From Lama guanicoe (Eukaryota): DNA of 64,000 bases. The stretch covers positions 1,984,001 through 2,048,000 of the forward strand of contig MU053881.1 of NCBI GenBank assembly GCA_013239625.1. Direction: 5' to 3'. The notes below the pieces were generated by a model, which was given only the letters and a program-made list of their open reading frames with translations, did not search any database and was not told the DNA's origin. Below, one piece after another: positions 1 to 14,519 of the stretch. Within the stretch, counting starts at the first letter, position 1; each line of letters begins with the position of its first letter. The position numbers and the translations under genes were made by a program.

Positions 1-185
1 CTGCATGTCCGGGGCCCCCAAACACGGCAGAGCTGAGTCACTGACCCCCTAGAAGCCAGGGAAGAGAGAACCGTAGACTACAAGGCCTGTGCTGGGGCCC
101 CGACGCGGCAGAAGCAGCTCTGGCAAGGTTCTTAGCCTCTTGGAGCCTGTTTCTCTACTTGTGAAACCAGAGTGTTGAGCCAGAT

Positions 186-350
186 CAGTGGTCCTTAAAC
201 TTGAGCATGGAACGGTCCTAGAAGGCTTGATGAGATGTAGGCTGCCGGGCCCCACCCGAGTTTTTTCTGATTTAGCAGGTCCAGGAAAGGGCCGGATCCT
301 TTGCATCTCCCAGGTGGTATGTGTGCCGCTGGTCCACACTTTGAGAACTG
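186..350. mobile_element. MER5-like hAT DNA transposon relic
   Basis: CAGTGGTCCTTAAACTT...CACACTTTGAGAACTG termini and GGGCCCCACCC core. Confidence 0.6.
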
Positions 351-588
351 ACCTCTGGGCTCGACCGATGACGTGCTGACTCGAAGTGACTGGCAACGGC
401 TGTCTGAAGGTGGTGTGAGGCTGACAGGGAGTAGCATCATCTGCCACGGGCACAGTGTCACAGCAGAAGTGCCCCGAGTTTGTCCTCCCAAGCGAAATGA
501 TCTCCATGGAGCTTTTGAACAGAGGATAACGCGAGCAGTCAGCTCTCTGAGGAGGGGTCTTCTCACTGAGGCCAGGCCTGGGACTCAC

Positions 589-2926
<2,338 letters not shown>

Positions 2927-3837
2927 CCTGGGCACACGCTGTAGGCCCTGCACATCAGAGGGCCGCAGCAACAGAGTGACAACGGCTGCGTCCTAGGAAC
3001 TCACACACACACGCTCCCACTCCCCCACATCCACACGCACAAACACTCATGGTGTGTGATCCCAAACACACACCCACGAAGCTCACCCTCCACCCCCATG
3101 CACACCCAGAGATGCTCACTCAGATGCTTGGCCCAGATGGGGGGATTCATTGACTGACTCATTCATTCATTCATTCATTCAGCAAGTATTCACTGATATC
3201 CACCCCATCTCAGGCACTGAGCTAGGTGCTGGGGTACAGCTGGCAAAAAACGGATGCAGCTCCTGCCACCAGGAAGCTCAAAGTCTACTGAGGAGACAGA
3301 CGGCAATGAAATAATTCCCCAAACAGATGGATCTTCGCAATGGGGACAAGTGTCCTAATGACATATATAGGGGCCACCAGAGAGCCCCGGGGGGCACAGT
3401 GAATTTCTTTCCCCATCCCCTCCCACCCACCCCCAGCAAAAAACAAATAGCATTTCTCCCATGAAACATGCTCAGCCCAGGACTGGTTTAGTTAAGGGGG
3501 GCCCCCACCCTGTCCCCAAGTCCAGGAAGCCCCCTACTTGCTTTAGGCCCCCCTGGACTGCCATGGGAGTTCTCAGCTGTTGGAGTGGGAGTGCCCCCTG
3601 CCTCCTAACACCCCCCCAGCCCTTGCCCCCAACATTGTTCCAAGGGTCCTGGCTGTTGGAGTTGCGGGTGTCAGTATGCAGGGCTGAATTCCCAGCCCTG
3701 GAAGAGCATGAGTCCTTTTGCTCTGGAGGAGTGAGCCAGGCTGGGGCAGGAGGAGTTATATGTTCAGGACAGAGGTGAGGGCCTGTTTCCTACTAAGAGC
3801 TGGAGATGGGGTTGGGATGTGAGGACCCTGTACTCAC

Positions 3838-3892
3838 CTAGGGGTTCTGTGTTTCCGCTCCCTCTCAGCTGCTCAAGGAAGCCCTAGGGGCC
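3838..3892 (-). other. SLC34A1: Probable non-coding exon 1 of SLC34A1 (5' end approximate)
   Basis: Strong donor TAG|GTGAGTA at 3837, with a TATAA box about 30 nt upstream of the estimated start. Confidence 0.7.
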
Positions 3893-3917
3893 TGAGGAGA
3901 AGCTGGGACCCTCCTCC

Positions 3918-4032
3918 TTATACCCTCAGGTCAAGGGCAAAGTCCCTAGAACCCTAGCTGCCCTCCCCTCACTTTTCCCTGATTAACATCACCACTACTC
4001 CCACTCCAGATTCCTCCCAGTTAATTGCTAAT
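3918..4032 (-). promoter_or_regulatory. SLC34A1 proximal promoter: TATA, HNF4-like DR1, HNF1-like site
   Basis: TATAA on minus at 3918-3922; AGGGCA-A-AGTCCC at 3934-3946; GTTAATTGCTAAT at 4020-4032. Confidence 0.65.
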
Positions 4033-4860
4033 CGTCAGCTCTGCAGGGGGAGTCTGCGGTCAGGCTCTCCCCTCCCCCACATACATACTCAGCCTGACTG
4101 GTGACCCAGACCCGGCAAGGAGGGTACAGACGCATCCCGTGCCCCCAGGCAGAGACTCTGATGCCACTCGGATACCTTGTTCCCAGTGTCCCCAGAGATT
4201 CTGTGCCTCCGGCCCCTTTCCCTTATTGTTGGCCTGACAGGACCCCCCAGGGAATCACCTAAACCCCCCTCGGCCTAGCCATGCACCTGGGTGTCTGTGG
4301 GTCTGTCTGTGTGTCTTGGGGGGCATTTGGAGGAGAGGGGACTTGTGATGGAGAAAGTCACAGAAGACAAAGACACCCAGAGAAGCCAGGTAGCGCTGAA
4401 TTGTGGAGCGTCTACAACCACAGATCCAGGCAGTGAGCCTGAGAGAATGAAGCCCCTGGCCAGACGGGAAAGGGCCTAGTCTGCGTTTCAGAATGGTCCC
4501 AGCTGTGGCGGGTTTGGAATGTGTCAAAGGGAGTGGGTCTGGAAGCAGAGAAACCAGTTAAGAATTTGATGAGATGGTCCAGGTGGGGATGATGTGGTCC
4601 GAGTCAAAGCGGGAAGAGGACTGATGGAGAGCAGGGGATGCATCCCGGGGCTACTGGGCAGGGCAGCTAGGGTTGGGGAGGCTGGGAAGGACAGGAAATA
4701 TATCAGGTTGGGTTTCTGGATGGGGAAGCTGACGATGACATGAGGTCTGTGGTAGACTTCCTACAACCCAGAAGGGGGGCTTAGGGAGGCTTTGAGAAGC
4801 TTGTTTCACTTTCACAGGGCTTTGGAGCCTTCCCTTCTCAGGGATTAAGATTTTATCAGA

Positions 4861-4999
4861 GGGGGACGGCATAGCTCAAATGTTAGAGCACGTGCTTAGC
4901 ATGCCTGAGGTCCCGGGTTCAGTCCCCAGTGCCTCCATTAAAGGAAAAAAAATTAATTACCTAATTACCTACCACCCCCCAATAAAAAAACAAACAAAA
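4861..4999 (+). mobile_element. tRNA-derived SINE (vic-1-like)
   Basis: A box TAGCTCAAATG, B box GGTTCAGTCCC, CCTAATTACC tail, A-rich end; TSD GATTTTATCAGA / GATTTTATCTGA. Confidence 0.85.
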
Positions 5000-5480
5000 G
5001 GATTTTATCTGATCCAGGAGTGATTCAAGATCTAGCTTGGGGAGTACCCTACCTGACATCCAGCCGCCTAGCCGCCAACCACGTGTGTGTCGATCGACTC
5101 ATTCCGGGAACATTAGTGGGGTTCCTATTCTATGCTGAGCCATGGCAAGGCCAGCTTCTCTCCTGGTTCAAGAAATGGTCCAATCCTTGAGTCAGCCTGG
5201 GATTCTAAAGCAAGTCACCTCCCCCTCCCCAGGCCCTAGTCCCTTCACCTCTAAAACGGCAATGAGCATGGCTTTTCCAGGCAGCTGCAGGATTCAGAGA
5301 TCAGTGACCCATCTCAGTGCCTAGAACAAAGGTCCCCAGCACCTTTGTTCCCTTCATGCTCTCATGCTTTTCCCAGTCTCCAGGTTGGCTGAAGTGTCCA
5401 GCCAAAGAAACAGCCCCTCCTCCTCTAGACACTCAGTCCTGTTTCAGGTCAACAATTCCTCTTGGTTCACCAGCTACTCC

Positions 5481-5647
5481 TTTTTTTTTTTTAATTTAAT
5501 TAGTTAATTTTTTGTTTCTTTGCTTTAGTTTTTGAGGGGAGATAATTCAGTTTATTTATTTATTTTTTAATGGAGGTACTGGGGATTGAACCCAGGACCT
5601 CACGCATGCTAAGCACGTGCTCTACCACTGAGCTCTATACCCTCCCC
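5481..5647 (-). mobile_element. tRNA-derived SINE (vic-1-like)
   Basis: Reverse-complement A/B boxes, T-rich tail, flanked by TCACCAGCT repeats. Confidence 0.85.
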
Positions 5648-8600
5648 TGTCACCAGCTGCCCTTTGATTGCTCAGGATCTCCGGTCCTGCTCAACACCTT
5701 ACACGTTGTAGAGCGACACCGACCCAGCCTTTTCCATCAAGGAGGGTGGACATCCGTGCACATTTTCCCCTTTAATGGGACAAAGGTTAGCTAGTTCGTG
5801 CTTAACTTGCAGAGCCGGGTGGAGTTAACGCCCCGCGTGGTGTTCACAGTAGACTCTCTGTCAAAGTGGCTGAGAGCCAGCCTGGGTTTGGATCCCAGCA
5901 CCACCAAACTGTGGCCATACGTTTAGGCCACAGAACCCACAGGGGAGGGGAGTGTGGGCAGAGGTGTGGCTGGGACTGGTTTGGGTTGAGTGACCGTAAG
6001 CCCTGGTTTGCCTGGCCGAGGCTAGGTTTATGGCTGTTGGCCAGAGTCCCTTTCTGCTCTGTAAAGTGCTCTGGTTTGGACTTATTAGCCAGCTGGTCTT
6101 ATGGCTTGTTCTGGAAGATTCCGGGGCACTAAGGCAGGGAATCAGCCGCCCGGTGCTTACTAGAAAGGTCCCCATTCATGGCAAAAAGGAAAATAAAAAC
6201 AGTCCTGCTTCTCAGAAACATGCTGTGATGCTGAGAACACTGCGTTTCGCCCTTTCCCCATGCGTTTTTAATCTACTTTGGACGTTACTGTCCACGGAAG
6301 ATGCCATCTTGTTCATCTTTCATCTAACACTGTGACATGAGGCTTTTCCTGTGTCTTTACACTCGGCACAGATGTTGTTTTTGTTTTTTCAGATGTTTTT
6401 AATGGTTGCATCACATTCAGTCATGGACCGTAATTTACATGGTGAAGCCTTGGATGTCCTGGAACCTCTCCTACCTGGAGGGAGTGATTTGGGTAAGACT
6501 GGGGTTCACACACAGGTGGGAAGGGTGTCGCTGATCCCGGGAAATGCAGTTATTATTGAGTTTTTGTGTCGGCTTTGTCCTTGAGCTCAGAGGCCCTGGG
6601 TGGGCTCAGAGGCTCTCTGGGTGCGAGCATCCCCACCCGCAGTGGATCCGGGGGCCCTGCCCCAGGCCCGCTTCTCTCCCCTGCCTTGTTCTGGTCAGAC
6701 CCTGGGCGGAAGAGCCATATCCAAGGTGCTCTTTATGAGCTGGGGGTGCGTCTCCTTTTGAATAAGGTTAGGATCTTTGGCAGTTTTGAGACCTATGTTC
6801 CCTGCCCTCATGGAACATAGGGTTTAGCGGGGGAAGCACTTATCAATCAAATGAATCGCAAGAGATATAATTACACAGCTCTGTGGACATCCACCACTTC
6901 CAAAAATATTCCAGGGGTGGGGCTGCTACAGCCCTAGTGAGACCTAGGAGCTGACCAGAGCGGCCTCTGGGACTCCTGAGAGCAGTGGAGAAAGTGGCCA
7001 CGCTCCAGCCCCCAGGTATCTCAGCCCCTCCGCTCATCTCAGCCCACTCCTGCTCACAGCATGCCTCCTCCCCGTCTGTGACACGCCCTGGCTGCTCACC
7101 TGCACTCTGGCCACAGCCTCCCCCAGACCTCTGAGCCCGGAGCCTGGATGGCTGGCGGCGTCTCACATTGAGAAAAGGCACCCTGGAGGAGGAGCAGTTT
7201 TGGAGGGAAGATGCCAAGATCCATCTGTACAGACTGTCTGAGGTGCCTCCGGCGCGAGCAGTTGGAGCTGCGGATATGAGCACACGACGTGCTCCTTCCC
7301 CCAAATGTTCCCGGCCTCAGTGAGCAGCATGTGGTCCAGACCCGGAGCCAGACACGGAGCAGGCATCTCTGACACAGGCTTCTCCTCCCTCCTCTGGTCT
7401 CTAATCCATCACTCAGTTCTCCTGATTTTCCTTCTCCACAAGCCTCTTTTTTTTCCCTCTAAACCAAGTATGTATGTATGTATGTATTTTTACATTTTTA
7501 AAATTGAGTTATAGTCATTTTGCAATGTTGTGTCAATCTCCAGTGTAGAGCACAATTTTTCAGTTATACATGAACATACATGTATTCATTGTCACATTCT
7601 TTTTCACTGTGTCCAGGAGCCTCTTAATCTTTTTACCACCTCCCTGGACCAACTCTCACGTGGGTTAGTGCAATAGCCCTTTCTAGCCTTGCTCCTTCCA
7701 AGCCAGTCTCCAAAAAAAGCAGCCAGCCAGCTTTTCAAGATGCAAATCTCACTACATCACCCCTCACCCTTTAAAAACCACCCCTGCTAACCTAAAGACC
7801 AGCATCCCACCACTGCCTCGGGGGCGCAGCGGGACTTGGCTTCTTGCTTCCCCAGGTCTCAGGTGAAGGTGCCCCCAGGGAGAGTGTGCACAGGGAGGAG
7901 GTTCCCAGCCAAGCCCAGAGGAGCACCCACATTTGAGGGAGGACAGAGGAAGAGGGGCCAGCAAAGGAAACCGACAGGCTCGGCCCGCATCAGGAGGAGG
8001 AGTGGAAAAGCAGATGCCCTGGAATCCAGGGCTGCCCATGTTTTGAAAGAGACACTGTGGTCAACACGATCAAATGCTGCTGAGATGTCAGGTAATGTGA
8101 GAACAGAGCGGATTTGGTGGCCTGGGAGAGCCAAGTCAGGGCCGTGCTGGGGGCGGGGGCGGCTTGCAAGGGGTTGGGAGGAACCAGGTGGTGGGAGCAG
8201 ACGCAGCATGGCTAAGGTGAATGGGACAGGCTGACAGACACTGAATTTCATCACACCAAGGCTTTCTCCAGGAGTGGCATGACTGCTGAATGGAGTACAG
8301 AAAGATCCCAAGAGCAAGTATGTGGTCCGGACAGGGAGCAAGCTGTGGAGGCCGGCGCAAAACGGCTGTTCCCACAATTCTCCGTTAAGATCCATTTGTT
8401 CCTTGCACGGAGCAAATCTGCGCGGTTTCCTGCATGTGAGTTTTCTGCCAGACCTAAAGTTTGCCGACAATTAAGGGAGGAAAAGCTAACATTCCAGACC
8501 ATCTGGTCATGCACTGAATTTTTGGAGGGCGTCTGATTAATGACCGCAACTGGGCTCCCGATCAGCGCAGTTTGAAAACTCCTGCCTCTTCTCATCAACG

Positions 8601-11600
8601 TGTTTATTGATTCAACCAATATATAAGCCCCGCGAAGGCGGCACAGTGCTGTCCATTGGGAATGTGGCCGTCAAGATTCCGACCCAGCACGACTACGCAC
8701 CGACATGGCATGAGCGTGCATTGCACACGCAAGGATGCATCCTCGCTGTGTCTGTGTTCAAGGCAGCTGCTCTCATCAGTAGGCTAGGTGACACAGTAAG
8801 GGTCATCTGTCACCTCCTTCTCGGGAACAGAGAAATCCCTCCCCTGGCCCTCTTGTCTGTCCTCTCTGAAAGAGCCTGGATTCCAGTCTGAGATGCCAGG
8901 CCCAGAGCAGGCAGGACCCTGAGACGTTGTCCCATCCGAGCCCCACTTCCAGAGGGGGAGCCCAAGGCTACATTAGATCCAGTGGGTCCAGCGCAGGGGC
9001 GGCTGACCTGAGGACGCTGCGTCCTTGCGTGGGGGAATAAGTACCCTGTGTAATGATTAATCCTGGTGGCCCAGGCGCCAGTCACTTATTGACTGATGAG
9101 GCCAAAGTGTGCAGCCAAAAGAGCTGAGGCTGCTTTGGGCTTTTCTCAGAAATCGCCTCTTCCCTTACAGCTCCCTTCCTTATGTGGCTCCAGCCCTGTG
9201 CCCTTCACGCTGGCCTCAGGGACCATGCCTGAGCATGAGGCTATGGACTCCCAGCTGGCAGTCCCAGGCTCTGGTTTCTGGGTTCCAGACCTGAAACTCT
9301 GAATTCTGGCTTCAGGCTTCAGGTCTTGGCCTCCGCCTGGGGTTTGTTTCCAACTTCTGGAGTCCCCACTCTGGTTCTGGCTTCCAAGTGGGCTTCAGGA
9401 ACTGAGCTGCAGTCTCGGGATCTCCTTTCAGTCATCAGATGTCAAGTTTGGGGCTCTAGTTTCAGGTTCTGTGCCCTAATCTCCAATTTCAGATTCCAGA
9501 CTCCATGCTGGGCTTCTGACTCTTGGCTCCAGTTTTGGGTCTGGGCTTCAGGCTCCAGATCCAGGCTTTGTGCTCCAGGCTCCAAGCTCCAAGGTTTTGG
9601 GTCTGGATTCAGGGTTCCTTCAGCACCTCGGCAGGAAGATGGTGACCTCCTCGGCTGGTGGCATCATCCCTGCCCACCCATCTCAGCTGGCCGTTCCATC
9701 CGGTCGGCCAGCACCCTGGGCTGTCCTGGAGGTGGGGCTTTGCTTCAGCGGCACTTCTCCTTGGCTTTCTGCCTCTGCTGTACCCTCCAGACAGTTCTCT
9801 GGAGACCAGATCTCAGGTGGTCACAAGTACCCCTCACTCAGACCCTGAAGGAGTCACAGGACACCTCCACGTGTTCATGTTTCCAGCTCTTCTTGGACCC
9901 CCCCCAGGACCACAGTGGACATGAATGGTGCCCCCTGCAGTTGTGCAGTGGGTATGGGCCTGTGCCCAGCTCTGGCTGCACCTGAGTCAATGTAACCAAA
10001 ACCATGTGTGTTCCTCCCCATCTGGACCTTTGTTTCCCCAGGGAATCTGAATTCCAGCCTCTAATCTCCCAGAAATCTGAGTCACCTGATCACCAGGCCA
10101 GGCCCCCTGCAGGGTGCACCTCGTGCTCCCCCCTGGGGGTGGGGGGGCTGCCCCCAGGGCACTGGCCCACAGCTGCGTCAGCACTTGCTGCCCGGCTCCA
10201 GGGGAACAGCTGTGCTTTGCCTGCCCCCAGCCTGGCCCAGGGCCCTGGTCACTGTGTGCCCTGTGCTCACGCTGTGCCCAGCCCATACCATCTGCTTCCC
10301 CAGCCCCGAGGCTGTCAAGGCAGGTGCGGGGGACAAGAGACAGGTGGCAAGATTCTCTCTTGGAGGCTTGGAGCCACATGGGCCCCATGGGTGTCCTGGA
10401 GGAAGTCACGCCTTCTTTCTCAGTCTATGAACTCTGTAAGATGGGGGTGCTGGAGACTGCAGAGCGGTCAGCGGATGTGTGTCCTCTCCCTGCCTTCACC
10501 CTGGTCCTCTGGGTGGACAGGCCAACTCCCTCCCAGCTTCCCACCTGCTAGAAGGAGGGGAAGCAGCTCTGTTAATTTTCCCAACCACTCAGAAGTCCAG
10601 CTCTGGGCAGTGGCTTTGAAACAGGGCCCTGCAGGTTGACCAGCTGGTGCCCCTGGACTCCCATCCCTGCAGATGAGGCCTGGCCAGGCTGGGATGGCGA
10701 GGGCCCAGGGCTGCTTCAGGGGGTGTGCTGGGGATGAGATCACCAGGGGATTGTGGCAGAAGGACACACCCAGCCAGCCAAAATAGGCTGAGGGGGCAGT
10801 GAACTGGAGCCCTGGAAGGAGGAGTTGGCTTCCACTTCCGGAGAAAGGGGTGGCAGGCCAGCAGGACACAGAAGTGGCCTTGGGGAGTTCTTTGTGATGT
10901 TAATTATTTTTAATGGCATCCTTTAAAAAACTGAAGCAAAGGCAAAGGTCTCCTTTGACCACTACCCCTAGTCCTGGTCCTTTTCCCATCTCCCTGTCAG
11001 TTTGGTATGTTTCCTTCTGGAACGTTCTCTGTCCTTTCTGTACATTTATAAGCACCTGTGTGCTTGTTGTTTATATAAGGGTATCATGCCACATTCGTTG
11101 CCCTGCTTTCTTTTCCCGAACAGTAACACGTCTTGGAGACCTTTCGATGGCAGGACACGCTGTCCCCAGTCCTTCGTCTGCTGTGTGGTACAGCAGAGTA
11201 TGGACACAGCACCCTGTGTTGTGTTACCCCACGCCCCACCCCTGTCCACTTTTGCCAGTTGTCAGGTCCTAGATAACCCTGCGGGGATGCGCCTCCTTGT
11301 GCCTGGAAATGAGTGATTCTTTATGGCACTGCTGAAGTCACACACTGTTTTTAATTTTTAGCAGAGACCCCCAGACTACCCCTCCAGTAGCCATATCAAT
11401 GTGCCCTTCCCAGAAAGGGCCCTGGCTCTCAAACAGAGGTTCCTACAGCATCTGGGCCCTCCCTGGAGTGTGTCCCTGAGTCAGACAGCCTGTGCTGGTG
11501 ACACTCGGGCGACAATACCCTGCATGATCCTGGGCTAGTCACTTCCCCTCCTGCAGCCTTCATTTCATCCCCAACAGGAGTGTCCAAAACATTGTGAAGA

Positions 11601-12234
11601 CAAAAATGAGATAAAAGATAGAGAAGGGTTAACTTGGGGACCTCAGTAGGTGTGAATTCTTCCTTCTGCAGAGCCTGAACTGGCCTGTGAACTTCTTTCT
11701 CGCAGGACAATCTTGTTGGTCCCTAAGACTAACAGGCATCATTGCTGGGAATGGGGATGGGGGTCTGCAGAAGGGTGAGCTTGGCCTGCTGGATATTCCA
11801 GTTGGGAAAATACCCCAACTCTCATCTGGTGTCCCCACCTCTCTATCCTAGGGCACATGGAAGGTGTCACAAGGGAGAAGCTCCAGGGACCAGGAGGTGT
11901 GAGCGAGGCTCTGCCGCTAATAAGGGAAGGGACATGGTCTTGCCTCCCTACCCCCATCTCTGGCCACATTGTAGCCCTGGTGTTATGCGGTCCCCTGCCT
12001 GCATCCTTCACTGGGGTCTCTGCAGTGACGGCATCATTTGTCAGCCTACAGGCCACAGCAGTGACTAAGATAGACAAGGTCCCTGCTATCAGGATGCTAT
12101 CCCTACATCACTCTGTCAGCAAACAAGGATAAATAAGTAAACAAAATCATTACAGAGTGGGCTGAACACCGAGAAGGAAAAAAAAACTGGCTAAAATGGT
12201 AGAGAACAAAGTTGGGAAGCACTTCATGTAGGCT

Positions 12235-12597
12235 GCCTTAGTCCATTTGGCTGATATAACAAAAATACCAGTGCCTGGGGGGCTTGTAAACAACAACAAT
12301 TTATTTCTCACTGTTCTAGAGGCCAGAAGTCCAAGGTCAGGGTGCCAACGTGGTCGGGTTCTGGTGAGGACCCTCTTCCAGGCTGGAGACAGCCAGCTTC
12401 CCTCTGTGTCCCCACCTGGTAGGGGGTGAAGGAGCTCTCTGGGGCCCCTTCCTAAGGGCCCTAAACTCATTCACAAGGACTCCATCCTCATTGCCTAGTC
12501 ACCGCCCAGAGGCCCACCTCCAAACACCATCACTCTGCAGGTTGTTGGGTTTTCAACATATGAGTTCCCAGGGACACAGACCTTTAGACCACAGCAC
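12235..12597. mobile_element. MaLR LTR (MLT1A/MST-like)
   Basis: TTAGTCCATTTGGCTG...ATTTATTTCTCACTGTTCTAGAGGCCAGAAGTCCAAG...AGACCACAGCA. Confidence 0.7.
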
Positions 12598-13752
12598 AAG
12601 GTGAGCAGGACAGCTCTTCTGAGGGGTGTAAGTGGAGATCTTCATTGAAGCGGGACTTTTGTGGGTATAAGTTCTAGAAACCACACTCAGACTCATGAGC
12701 ACACAGACACTGAAAGAATGTCCTGGCTTGCCTAATGAGAAAGTCTAGGAGTGGCTGACCGGGGCATGGGTGAATTTAGGAGTTGAGATAATTTTTACCA
12801 GGAATCTCCATTTGCCTCTAACTCTCTGGAGCTCTCCTGTGTTGGCTTCTTTCACATGTAGGTTCTCTCCCTGCATGTCCTTTCTGCAAACCCCCAAAGG
12901 ATGGGAGAAAATGACTGGGATCGCCTGTGGTCAGAGGATCGTCCCTGCATCGCGCGGAGCGGCCAGGCCTGGCTCAGGAGCCCGCCCCGCAGCTAGAGGG
13001 TCAGGCCAACCCAGCCAAACAAAACGGGCTGAGGGCCCCTGAGGAAGTCTTGTGCTCCACTTCTAGAGAAAGACCAGCACCCCCTACTGATCTTTCCCAG
13101 GAACTTCAAGGTGGGGGAGCCAGTTACAAGATAGGGGGCAGGTGGGGGAGGTCCTGGCAAAGGGGACAGCCAGTGCAAAGAGCTGGAGTGGGGAAGGCAG
13201 CTCGACCTCTTTGAGGTGGTCGAGAGGGCCCCTCACTCCCCAGGTGCCTTCTCGACACTCCCACGTTCCCATGTTTCCTGGGTCACAGCAGCACAGGGAC
13301 TGAGTCCTGCCTGCAGGCCGGGGCCCTCCTTCTGGGGTCCTCCCTGCTCTCCCTCCCCGCATGGGCTCCGAGACCAGTGTCCTCCTCAAGGCCTTCAATG
13401 CTTCCAATGGAGCCCAGTGCCAAGTCTACAGAGACATATTCAGATCCCAGTAGAAGCAGAGGACGGTGACCTAACACTGGACTCAGATCCAGAGACCGAG
13501 GAACAGCACAATGATACCAGCAGAGGCACAGCTCCCCTGAGGGGTCTGCCCCTCCCTCCCTTTCCTCCCTCCCTCCCCCGCTTCCTCCTTCCCTCCCTCC
13601 CTCCCTCTGGCTGTCTCTCTTTCACACTCACACCCCACACTCTGTGTAGTCAGGAAGAGAGGTTCTGACAACAGGAAGTTGGGGGGCACATCCTGAGGTC
13701 CCCAAGAACTTCCTGGCACTGACCCTGGTGACAGAGGCAGCGCAGTATTTTT

Positions 13753-13758
13753 TTTATG
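13753..13758 (-). terminator. Candidate RGS14 polyadenylation signal (variant CATAAA)
   Basis: CATAAA(AAAAA) about 560 nt after the stop, following an AU-rich block; I saw no canonical AATAAA nearby. Confidence 0.35.
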
Positions 13759-14316
13759 AGGGGCACGCAGAGTAGCCTGGCACACAAGGAACACACCTCA
13801 TGGCAGAATAATAATTATTATTATAATAACAATATCTTACATCCAGGACAAACCCAGCTGCCCCAAGCCAACTGCAAAATCTGTATGTCCAGTAGAGTCT
13901 GTGGGCAGAGGAAGAGGCTGCCTGCCTGTACCCCAGGCCTTACTCACACCAGCTCCCCGGGGAGGGGCCGGCCCCTCCCGCTCCCTGCTGAGGCCTGGCA
14001 CATGGTGGGGAGGCTGGCACTGCCAACGCCGCCCCTCCATGTTGGGCACACCTGCACCAGGGGCTAGGCCCACCTCCCCCTGGTGGCCTGGCAGCAAGGG
14101 ATGGACGAGCAAGCCTGTAAGGGACCAAGTGGTGGCAGCTGAGGAGTGTCACTCCTCTGAGTCCCCTCCCCACCCCCTCCCAGCTCTTCCTGCGGGCCTG
14201 CCCGTGGCAGGAAGGGGCCAGGAACACTCATGGCACAGACAGGGCATGCAGAGCGGGCCCATGGCATGCTTGGCCCGCCAGGTGCCATGCAGCTGGCCTG
14301 GACGGGCGGGCAGCTG

Positions 14317-14519
14317 TCAGAGGGCTGAGTGCACAGAGGAGTCCGAGGGGCCCCCCTTGGGCTGGGGCGCGGATTCAGTCTGTGACGGGGCCTCCTGGGA
14401 GTTGGGTCCTTGGGCAGGCAGCTGCAGAAATTCTGGAAGCACCAGGTCCTCTTTGCGCAGAAGGCCCCTCTGGTCGTGGGCTCCACTGCTCTGCACCCGG
14501 TTCAGCAGCTCCACCAGCC
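14317..14519 (-). CDS. RGS14: RGS14 exon 15 coding part (GoLoco motif and C-terminus)
   Basis: [34 protein letters not shown]...SSVHSAL-TGA. Confidence 0.96.

Noticed and set aside
4861..4935. tRNA-like sequences here and at eight other sites as tRNA genes
   Set aside because: They have A-rich tails, TSDs and mutually diverged stems, so they are SINE copies rather than tRNA genes.
8258..8750. Compositionally odd stretch suspected to be foreign DNA
   Set aside because: Ends in AGTTTGAAAACTCCTG (hAT/Charlie-like terminus) followed by an L2-like tail; most simply old repeats.
13400..13530. Acidic peptide-like ORF segment (VEAEDGDLTLDSDPETEEQ)
   Set aside because: No splice context or recognisable family; likely reflects purine-rich sequence.
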